DNA of 64,000 nt from Proteobacteria bacterium UBA6156 (GTDB taxonomy: Bacteria > Pseudomonadota > Alphaproteobacteria > UBA2136 > UBA6156), in NCBI GenBank assembly GCA_002422365.1, contig DIUO01000031.1, forward strand, positions 11,263 to 75,262, written 5' to 3'. A program made the position numbers and the translations under genes. Below the pieces are notes generated by a model that saw nothing but the letters and a program-made list of their open reading frames with translations, was not told the origin of the DNA and searched no databases. The stretch's first letter is position 1. The number at the start of each line of letters is the position of its first letter. This document shows positions 44,078 through 51,739 of the stretch, piece after piece.

Positions 44078-44914
44078 ATGCAAATATCAAACGTGGTGCC
44101 CGGATCGGCCTGGAATGCATTGAATAATACTAACTATAATCTCTTGCATAAGGTTGTAAAAGCATTTGGTGAAAATCCTTACCATGATACTTTTATGAAT
44201 AATAAGCGGATGCATGTTTTTTGCCTTGCAGCAGAAAAGGGTAATTTGCGCGCCCTTTCGATCTTTCTTACGGAAGGGAAGTGGAATCCCAACGCTTTGT
44301 ATGGCGATGTGTTTCCCCTGCATATGGCTGCATTCGGCGGGCAGACCAAGGCGGTTGAATTACTCGTTCAATTCGGTGCTGATATTCACATTCGGACTGC
44401 CAAAGGACGCAATGCTGTTTTTGCGGCGTCGATTGGTGGTGCTGCAGATACGCTGCGTGCGATCGTAGCTCTAGGTGGTGACATAAACACAAAGGATGCT
44501 GACGGAGGTTCGGCTTTGCTGGGAGCTGCCGCAATGGGGCATACTGAGGCTTTCCGAGTTATTGCGGAACTAGGTGGTGATATTAATGCGCGTACATTTA
44601 AATCCGGTATCTCGGCACTGTTTTTGGCTGCATTTGATGGTCACCTTGAGACCTTAAAAGCAGCTATTGAATTAGGGGGGGACATTAACTGCAAGGTTAA
44701 TGATGGTAGAACGCCGGTATTGGCTGCACTCATTCAGGGGCACTTCGAATGCGTGTACTGGCTACTTGAGCAAGGTGCTGAAACGCATCATCGTACCGTT
44801 AAAGGTAACGACTTAAGAAAACTAGCTAATTTCCTCCGAGCCCGAGAATCTAATGATATGAGGATTCGATCTTACAGTCGAGTAATCGACTTATTAGATA
44901 CGTTGGGTTCTTGA
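44078..44914 (+). CDS. ankyrin repeat protein
   Basis: 278 aa. About six 33-aa repeats with LGGDIN...G.SAL..AA..GH pattern. ATG 6 nt after AGGAGA. AT-rich relative to its flanks. Confidence 0.85.
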   Translation: MQISNVVPGSAWNALNNTNYNLLHKVVKAFGENPYHDTFMNNKRMHVFCLAAEKGNLRALSIFLTEGKWNPNALYGDVFPLHMAAFGGQTKAVELLVQFGADIHIRTAKGRNAVFAASIGGAADTLRAIVALGGDINTKDADGGSALLGAAAMGHTEAFRVIAELGGDINARTFKSGISALFLAAFDGHLETLKAAIELGGDINCKVNDGRTPVLAALIQGHFECVYWLLEQGAETHHRTVKGNDLRKLANFLRARESNDMRIRSYSRVIDLLDTLGS

Positions 44915-44920
44915 CGAGTG

Positions 44921-44955
44921 GGCGGCAGAAGTAAAACCTCTGCCGCCGTTTTTTT
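44921..44955 (+). terminator. intrinsic terminator after ankyrin gene
   Basis: GGCGGCAGA-agtaaaacc-TCTGCCGCC followed by GTTTTTTT. Lies 6 nt from the rne stop on the other strand. Confidence 0.75.
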
Positions 44956-44960
44956 GCTGT

Positions 44961-47669
44961 CTAGCGGCCGATGAGGCGGGAGATGATGCCTTTTTCTTTG
45001 GTAGGCTCTTGGGCCTCTTTGGGTTTGGTGCGTTGGGTGGCGGCGGAGTCGGCGCTCACTTTGGCGACGGCCAGGGGGGCGTCGGCGCGGTCGGTGTCGG
45101 CCTGTTTACGGATTTCTACCTTTTTGCGCGGGGCGGCCTTGATGGCAGGGGTGTCGTCGTTTTCCACGCTCACTTTTTGCACGGCCAAGGGTTGGTCTTC
45201 GGCCGGTTTGGCGGAAGGTTTGGCCTCTTTTTTGGTTTCCAGTTTGGCTTCCGGTTTGGCTTCGGGCTTCTTCTCGGGCTTATCGCTCCGGGGTTTGGCT
45301 TTGGGGGCCTGGGCGGGCGCTTCGGCTGTTACATCGGCGCTTGGAGTTGAGTCTCCGAGGCGTTGCGGGCGGCGTTGGGCGGAGCCGGATTTGTCCGGGC
45401 CACGGCTGGGTTTGTCGGCCCGTTTGCCGTTGCGGCCCTGAGAGCGACCTTCGGAGCGGCCTTCGGCGCGGGATTCTGTCCGGTCGTCGGCGCGGGGTTC
45501 GGTTTTTTCCGGTTTGTCGGATTTTTCGGTGGCTTCCCGGCGTGGTTGTTCGGGGCGTTCGTCGCGCTCACGCGGGGGGCGAGGGGTGCGTTGGCGGAGT
45601 TCCGGCGGGAGCTCGGGTTGCTCGCGCAGGACGACATCGATGGTGCGCGAGGTTTCGGTGCCGTCGGCCTTGAAGCTGACCAGTTCGATGCTGTGGTCGG
45701 GCGCGTGGAGGGCGTCGTCGGCGCGGAAGTGGAGCTGGTATTTGTAGCGTTCTTCCAAACTGCGGATGACGTCTCTCTTATGATTGAGCAGCCAGAGCAC
45801 CAGCGGCGTGCTGGAGCTGACGATGACGCGGTCGGCATCGCGGACGTCGTCTTCTTCTAATTTGCGCAGCACCATGAGGGCGGCGGTGGCGGGGCTGTGC
45901 ACCAGGCCGCTGCCGAGGCAGTGCGGGCAGGCGATGAAGTGGGATTCTCCGAAGCTGGGGCGCAGGCGCTGGCGGGAGATTTCCATGAGGCCGAAGTCGG
46001 AAATGTTGCCGGTTTGGATGCGCGCGCGGTCTCTCCGCAGCGCCTTGCGCATGGCATTTTCGACTTTGCGGTTGTTGCGGTGGTCTTCCATGTCGATGAA
46101 GTCGACCACGATCAGCCCGGCGAGGTCTCGGAGGCGGATTTGGCGGGCGAGTTCGTCGCAGGCTTCGAGGTTGGTTTTTAGCGCGGTTTCTTCGATGTTG
46201 CGCTCTTGCGTGGCGCGGCCGCTGTTGATGTCGACGGAGACGAGAGCCTCGGTGGGGTTGATGACCAGGTAGCCGCCGCTGGGCAGGGTGACGCGGGTGT
46301 GGTGCAGCATGTTGAGTTTTTGCTCGACACGGGCCTGGGCGAAGATGGGGGTTTCGTCTTTGTGTTGTTTGATCATGCTGACGGTGTCGGGCATGAAGTT
46401 TTTGGCGAAGTCCTTCGCGACCTTATAGGCGCGTTGGCCGGAGATGACGATTTCGTCGATGTCGTCGGAGGTCATGTCGCGCAGGGCGCGGATGATGACG
46501 GAGCCATCTTCGTGGACGCATTGGATGTCGTCGTGGGCGTCGAACTCCTTAATAATATGGTTCCAGAGGTTGGTGAGGTTTTCGTAGTCGTGCTTGATTT
46601 GCGGGATGGGCTGGCCGACACCGGCGGTGCGGATGATGAGGCCCATGGTGGCGGGCACGGCGAGCTCGGCGTAGGCATCGCGCAGTTGGCGGCGCTCGGC
46701 GGGGTCGGTTATTTTACGGCTGATGCCGCCTGCGTAAGGCGTGTTGGGCATGAGCACGGTGTAGCGGCCGGGCAGGCTGAAGTAGGTGGTGAGGGCGGCG
46801 CCTTTGGAGCCGCGTTCTTCCTTCACGACCTGTACCAGGATTTTCTGGCCTTCTTTGAGGACATCTTGAATGCGGTAGCGGCGGTGGATGGGGGGTTGGC
46901 TTTTGGTGCGGGGGCTTTCGGCGCGGGTGTCGGCACGGGTATCCGACTGGATGTCGTCGTCGGTGAGTGGCCCGGCAAGTTCCGGCAGGGGGGCTTCGGC
47001 GCGGGCTTCGGGGCGGACGGGGCGGCCACGGCTTTCCATGCGCGTGGGGGCGCGGCGCGGTTGGCGCGTTTGAGGGCGGCGGCGGGTGCGGCCTTCTTTG
47101 GCCGGTTGGGCGCCGGATTCGGCGGCGTCGGCCATGGCGGCGGCTTTGGCAGCTGCGGCGGCGTCGGCAATTTCGTCGGGCGTTAGGGCTTCGTGCTCGT
47201 TACCGGCTTCGGGCTTGGTGGGGGCGCTTTCGGCGTAGGCGACGGCTTCGGCGAAGGCTTCGGCGGTCTCGGAGGGAGCTTCGGGGGCGGCGTAGGTTGC
47301 CGAGGCCCTAGAGCTACGGGTTGAGGGGCGCGGGGCGGGGGTTTCGGCGTCGTCGTCGAAGTCGGCTCCGCGACGGCGGGCGGCGGCTTCGGCGACTTCT
47401 TTCAGCAGTTCGGCTTTTTCTGCCGGTTTGACCGCGAAGAATTGGGGGTGGACTTCTCCGAACGCCAAAAAGCCGTTGCGGTTGCCGCCGTAGGTGATGA
47501 AGGCGGCCTGGAGCGAGGGTTCGACCCGCGAGACATGGCCAATGTAAATGTTGCCTTTAAGCTGCTGCTTGCCTTGGGTTTCGATTTCGAAGTCGTCGAT
47601 TTTGTTGCCGTCGAGGATGACGATGCGGGTTTCTTCGGTGTGTGCTGCATCTATGAGCATGCGTTTCAT
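44961..47669 (-). CDS. rne: ribonuclease E
   Basis: 902 aa. N-terminal MKRMLIDAAHTEETRIVILDG..., S1 and catalytic domains (VVDFIDM, CPHCLGSG). Long R/E/P/A-rich C-terminal scaffold. Confidence 0.95.
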   Translation of the reverse strand: MKRMLIDAAHTEETRIVILDGNKIDDFEIETQGKQQLKGNIYIGHVSRVEPSLQAAFITYGGNRNGFLAFGEVHPQFFAVKPAEKAELLKEVAEAAARRRGADFDDDAETPAPRPSTRSSRASATYAAPEAPSETAEAFAEAVAYAESAPTKPEAGNEHEALTPDEIADAAAAAKAAAMADAAESGAQPAKEGRTRRRPQTRQPRRAPTRMESRGRPVRPEARAEAPLPELAGPLTDDDIQSDTRADTRAESPRTKSQPPIHRRYRIQDVLKEGQKILVQVVKEERGSKGAALTTYFSLPGRYTVLMPNTPYAGGISRKITDPAERRQLRDAYAELAVPATMGLIIRTAGVGQPIPQIKHDYENLTNLWNHIIKEFDAHDDIQCVHEDGSVIIRALRDMTSDDIDEIVISGQRAYKVAKDFAKNFMPDTVSMIKQHKDETPIFAQARVEQKLNMLHHTRVTLPSGGYLVINPTEALVSVDINSGRATQERNIEETALKTNLEACDELARQIRLRDLAGLIVVDFIDMEDHRNNRKVENAMRKALRRDRARIQTGNISDFGLMEISRQRLRPSFGESHFIACPHCLGSGLVHSPATAALMVLRKLEEDDVRDADRVIVSSSTPLVLWLLNHKRDVIRSLEERYKYQLHFRADDALHAPDHSIELVSFKADGTETSRTIDVVLREQPELPPELRQRTPRPPRERDERPEQPRREATEKSDKPEKTEPRADDRTESRAEGRSEGRSQGRNGKRADKPSRGPDKSGSAQRRPQRLGDSTPSADVTAEAPAQAPKAKPRSDKPEKKPEAKPEAKLETKKEAKPSAKPAEDQPLAVQKVSVENDDTPAIKAAPRKKVEIRKQADTDRADAPLAVAKVSADSAATQRTKPKEAQEPTKEKGIISRLIGR

Positions 47670-48028
47670 GGTGGGATACTCCCTTATTAATATGGCGGGA
47701 GCACGAGACGCTTGGATATGGCAGGAGGGGCCTAGGAGGCCCGGCGTGAATTACTTTGTGATGTTAATTCTTGCATATCAAAACTTTGTTGGCTTTTGTT
47801 AAAGCTGTATCGTGCGGCGGCGCCGGTTGTTGGTGGTGCCCTGGGCGGCCAGCCGGACTAACAGTGCGGCGGCGGCTTGCGGCGGAAACTTGGGTCTTGG
47901 TTTTGTCGGCCCTGTAAAGGCAGCGACATTTGTAACTTAGGATATTTGCGCCACGGGGGCAAGCTGCATTATGCCCCAAGGCTGTTTTGGGTGTTTTGAT
48001 TTTGGGCAGGCCTTGCTAGGGTGGAATA
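47670..48028 (-). promoter_or_regulatory. rne: long rne upstream leader/promoter region
   Basis: 359-nt non-coding gap between rne and the divergent permease gene. Its only ORF (47764..47979) looks spurious. Contains local hairpins such as GGCCT-agg-AGGCC near 47730. Confidence 0.35.
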
Positions 48029-48961
48029 ATGAATACTGTTGCCATTGACCTGGGCCTGACTGTTGCGCGTCGCGTGGCCGCCATGCTGCCCACGCTGCTG
48101 CTGGTGGTGGGGCTGGTGTTTATGTTGATCCATTTAGTGCCCGGCGACCCGGTGGCGGCGCTGCTGGGCGACCGGGCGAGCCCGGCGGATTATATGGCAC
48201 TGCGCGAGGCGCTGGGGCTGAACCAGCCGCTGTGGTGGCAATTTTGGAACTTTGTGACCGGGGTGCTGCGCGGTGACTGGGGCACCAGCCTGATTAGCCA
48301 GCGCCCCGTGCTGGGCACGATTATGGAGCGCCTGCCCGCCACCGGTGTGCTGGCGGCGGGTGCCATGGTGGTGGCGCTGGCGATTGGCGGGGCAGGGGGC
48401 TTTGCCATGGCCTTTGGCCGCAAGGCGGTGCGGCGTGGGGTGGATGGAGTGACGCTGGCGGTGATGGCGTCTCCGAGCTTTGTAATTGGGCCGCTGCTGA
48501 TTGTGGGTGTGGCGGTAGGGTTGGGATGGTTGCCGGTGAGCGGCATGGATGGGTGGCAGAGCTTGGTTTTGCCAGCACTCACGCTGGGAGTAGGGCTGGG
48601 GGCGGTGATGGCGCGTATGTTGGCCGAAAGCCTGAAAGAAGAAATGCATAAAGATTATGTGCGCACCGCCCATGCCAAAGGCAGCCACGTGGGCCGTGTG
48701 CGATGGCATGTGCTGCGCAATGCGCTGCTGCCGACGGTGCAGATTATCTTTTTACAGATGGGCATGCTGCTGACCGGGGCGGTGCTAACTGAGGCCGTTT
48801 TTGGGTGGCCCGGGCTGGGGCATTTGCTGGTGGAGGCGTTGCACCAGCGCGATTACCCGGTGATACAGGGGTGTTTGTTGTTGATATCGGTAGTGTATAT
48901 GCTGAGCGTGTTGCTGGCCGACGTGCTGAGCGCGCTGCTTGACCCCCGGGTGCGCCGATGA
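48029..48961 (+). CDS. ABC transporter permease (DppB/OppB-like)
   Basis: 310 aa. Six TM helices, N-terminal LVVGLVFMLIHLVPGDPV, EAA-like loop DYVRTAHAKG. Confidence 0.9.
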   Translation: MNTVAIDLGLTVARRVAAMLPTLLLVVGLVFMLIHLVPGDPVAALLGDRASPADYMALREALGLNQPLWWQFWNFVTGVLRGDWGTSLISQRPVLGTIMERLPATGVLAAGAMVVALAIGGAGGFAMAFGRKAVRRGVDGVTLAVMASPSFVIGPLLIVGVAVGLGWLPVSGMDGWQSLVLPALTLGVGLGAVMARMLAESLKEEMHKDYVRTAHAKGSHVGRVRWHVLRNALLPTVQIIFLQMGMLLTGAVLTEAVFGWPGLGHLLVEALHQRDYPVIQGCLLLISVVYMLSVLLADVLSALLDPRVRR

Positions 48962-49767
48962 GTGCGACGCGGTGGGCGGCTTTGCTGGTGGCTGGGCTGG
49001 GGGGGATACAAGTGGCGGCATTGTTAGGTGCGCCCGGGCCGCTGGAAATGGACATTACACGCATGTATGAGCCCGCCAGCTGGGCCCACGTGCTGGGCAC
49101 CGACGACCTGGGCCGCGATGTGCTGGCGAGGCTGGCGGAAGGCATGCGCACCAGCATAACCGTGGCGCTGGCGGTGTTGATGATTACTGCCGGGATTGGT
49201 GTTCCGCTGGGTTTTGCCGCCGGGTGGTTTGGCGGGTGGGTGGATGTGGTGGTGGGGAAGATGACGGAGGTGGTGTTGAGTTTTCCGGGACTGTTATTGG
49301 CGTTGGCATTGGCCGCGCTGGTGGGGCCGGGGCTTGGCAACGTGATTGTGGCGCTGGGGCTGCTGGGGTGGGTGGGGTTTTGCCGCTTGGCGCGCGTGGA
49401 AGTGATGAAGCTGCGGCACACGCCGTTTGTGCAGGCGGCGCAGCTGGGAGGTGCAGCGACACCGCGCATTTGGCTGCGGCACATTGTGCCCAACTGCACC
49501 GGGCCATTGCTGGTGGAAGCGTTGCTGGTGGTGGCGGGGACAATGGTGGCGGAAGCCGGCCTGAGCTTTTTAGGCTTGGGCATACCCGCGCCGCTGCCCA
49601 GCCTGGGCGGTATGCTGAGAGATGGCATGCGCGATGTGCTGGTGGCGCCGCTGTTGGTGGTGTATCCGGCGGTGGTGCTGATAAGCCTCAGTGTAGGGGC
49701 GAATATGCTGGCGCAAGCCTTACGGGCAAGGGTGATACGTGTTAGGGGTGCGGGCCATGAGGAGTGA
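48958..49767 (+). CDS. ABC transporter permease (DppC/OppC-like)
   Basis: 269 aa. HVLGTDDLGRDVLARL and the PFVQAAQLGGA EAA loop. 4-nt overlap with the upstream permease. Confidence 0.9.
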   Translation: MSATRWAALLVAGLGGIQVAALLGAPGPLEMDITRMYEPASWAHVLGTDDLGRDVLARLAEGMRTSITVALAVLMITAGIGVPLGFAAGWFGGWVDVVVGKMTEVVLSFPGLLLALALAALVGPGLGNVIVALGLLGWVGFCRLARVEVMKLRHTPFVQAAQLGGAATPRIWLRHIVPNCTGPLLVEALLVVAGTMVAEAGLSFLGLGIPAPLPSLGGMLRDGMRDVLVAPLLVVYPAVVLISLSVGANMLAQALRARVIRVRGAGHEE

Positions 49768-51064
49768 GAATTTGGCAGCCTGGATACGTTGGCCCGTGAT
49801 TTGCGGTGCCCTGTTGCTGATTATAGCCGTGGTGGTGCCACCGCTGAGCGGCAACACCGAAACCAGTGCCGATGCCCCAGGCCTGGTAACCAACATGCGT
49901 GTGGGCCAGGACGGTGGCCGCACCCGCGTGGTGTTTGAGTTTACGGAAAGCACCCGTGAGAGCGATTTTAATTACAGATGGTTTACGCTGCCCAAGCCTG
50001 CGCGGGTGGTGATTGATTTTGAAGATGATATTGCTTTTAAGGATTCGCCCAGCCTGTTGAAGCTGCCCGGAGACGGCTTGGCGGAGGGCCTGCGCGCAGG
50101 GCGCTTTAGGCCCGGCACGGTGCGGATGGTGCTGGATTTGCGGGCGCAGGGGCGCGTGAATGTGTTTAGTATACCTGCACGTGGCGGCATGGGCCCAAGG
50201 TTGGTGATTGACCTTGTGAAATTGAAGCCCGGCCAGAAGCCGACCGATGTGCCTCCGCCGCTGGATGTGGTGACGCAAGGTGAAGCCCCGGCTGTGCACC
50301 CCCAGACCTTGGATGAAGAACCCGCGCCCGTGGTGCCGCCGCAAGTGACGCGCGACATGAGCGGCAACAAACGCCAACACGCCGTGGTGGTGCTGGATGC
50401 CGGACACGGCGGTGTGGACCCCGGCGGGTGCAGCAAGGTGATTAACCTGTGCGAAAAAGGCCTGACGCTGGAAATGGTGAAGCTGGTGAGGGAGCGCCTG
50501 CGCAGCGACCGCATTGAAGTGGTGCTGACGCGCGAGACCGATGTGTTTATACCTTTGGCCGAGCGCCCGCGCATTGCCCAGCGCGCCGGTGCCGACCTTT
50601 TTGTGAGCCTGCATGCGGATATTCACCCCACCAAAACCGATGTGAAGGGGGCCACCGTATATATGGTGAGTGAAAAAGCCAGTGACCGCGAAGCCGCCCG
50701 CCTGGCCAACAGCGAAAACGACCGCGACGTGATGGCTGGTGTGGCATTGGCGAATGAAAGCCGCGAGGTGCAGAATATTTTGATTTCTCTGGTACAGCGC
50801 GACACGCTGAACAGCTCTACCTATTTAGCCAGAAGTATTCTGGACGACTTGGATAAGTTTACGGAAGTGCGCAAAAAGGATGTGCTGTATGCCGGGTTTA
50901 GAGTGCTGAAAAGCCCAGATGTGCCGAGTGTGCTGGTGGAGATGGGGTATTTGTCGAACCCGACGGAGGCGCGAAAACTTTCTAATGCATTATACCGTAA
51001 GCGCTTGGCCGATGCGATTGCCATGGGGATACGGAATTATGTGGAGAAGCATGTGCATTATTAG
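49757..51064 (+). CDS. amiC: N-acetylmuramoyl-L-alanine amidase (AMIN + Amidase_3)
   Basis: ATG 49757 within ORF 49739..51064. AMIN-like RVVFEF...VVIDF. Catalytic VVVLDAGHGGVDPG, SLHADI, GYLSNP. Confidence 0.9.
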   Translation: MRSENLAAWIRWPVICGALLLIIAVVVPPLSGNTETSADAPGLVTNMRVGQDGGRTRVVFEFTESTRESDFNYRWFTLPKPARVVIDFEDDIAFKDSPSLLKLPGDGLAEGLRAGRFRPGTVRMVLDLRAQGRVNVFSIPARGGMGPRLVIDLVKLKPGQKPTDVPPPLDVVTQGEAPAVHPQTLDEEPAPVVPPQVTRDMSGNKRQHAVVVLDAGHGGVDPGGCSKVINLCEKGLTLEMVKLVRERLRSDRIEVVLTRETDVFIPLAERPRIAQRAGADLFVSLHADIHPTKTDVKGATVYMVSEKASDREAARLANSENDRDVMAGVALANESREVQNILISLVQRDTLNSSTYLARSILDDLDKFTEVRKKDVLYAGFRVLKSPDVPSVLVEMGYLSNPTEARKLSNALYRKRLADAIAMGIRNYVEKHVHY

Positions 51065-51099
51065 TGTTTAGTTTTTAGTGTTTGGTGTTTAGTTTTTTA
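51064..51099 (+). repeat. heptamer tandem array GTGTTTA-GTTTTTA-GTGTTTG-GTGTTTA-GTTTTTTA
   Basis: The first G is the last base of the amidase stop (TAG 51062-51064). Confidence 0.9.
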
Positions 51100-51133
51100 G
51101 GGATTAGTAAGTGGTGATTGGTGGAAACGTTTT

Positions 51134-51154
51134 GCGCGCCCCTGAGGGGGCGCG
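51134..51154. terminator. GC hairpin between amidase and - strand ORF 51161..51580
   Basis: GCGCGCCCC-tga-GGGGCGCGC, a 9-bp perfect stem with no clear U-tract on either strand. Confidence 0.35.
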
Positions 51155-51160
51155 CGGCGG

Positions 51161-51580
51161 TTAGGGGGTGTCGTTGATGACGAGGCGGAGGTGTGGCCGC
51201 TGGGCTGTATAATGAGTTGTCCGTTTCCGTTCAGACTGGCCCCATTTGTTGACGACGAGTTTGAGCTGTGGCCGCTGTGGGGTTGTCTGTTTAGATAGTC
51301 TCCGATCAGCCTGGCCTCTTTCGTAGGCGGCCTTCAGAAGAGGATGACTGATCTCAATCACGTCTGAATTCCCGCTTGGGTCTTCGACGTTTAATTGAAA
51401 CTGCTGCCCTTGATATGAAGCATGTATTAGCCCCATCATCAGGTTGAGAGATGTCACCAGATACTGTTTCGGATCGGCGGCATTGCACAGGCGCATGGCC
51501 TCTTCAATTTCTCTCCAATTGTCGGCATTCAGGGTAAGGGTGACGCTGACACTGGGGATATTTTTCGGGTCGTCCGGCAT
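51161..51580 (-). CDS. hypothetical protein with duplicated C-terminal motif
   Basis: ATG 51580 after GGAGAC. 139 aa. The C-terminus has QRPQLKLVVNK and QRPHLRLVIND about 20 aa apart. Lower GC. No family recognised. Confidence 0.5.
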   Translation of the reverse strand: MPDDPKNIPSVSVTLTLNADNWREIEEAMRLCNAADPKQYLVTSLNLMMGLIHASYQGQQFQLNVEDPSGNSDVIEISHPLLKAAYERGQADRRLSKQTTPQRPQLKLVVNKWGQSERKRTTHYTAQRPHLRLVINDTP

Positions 51581-51739
51581 GGGGAGTCTCCGTTTTTGCT
51601 TGGGGAAAAGGGGGTAGTGAGGGGAGTGTAGGCTTTGTGGGCGGGGCATGACAAGTATTGCTTACGGCAGTGATGCTTGGAGCGGCAGTTGCGGGTGGCT
51701 GCGCTTGTAAGGGGGCAGTGGGTTGTGTAGGCTGCGTGC

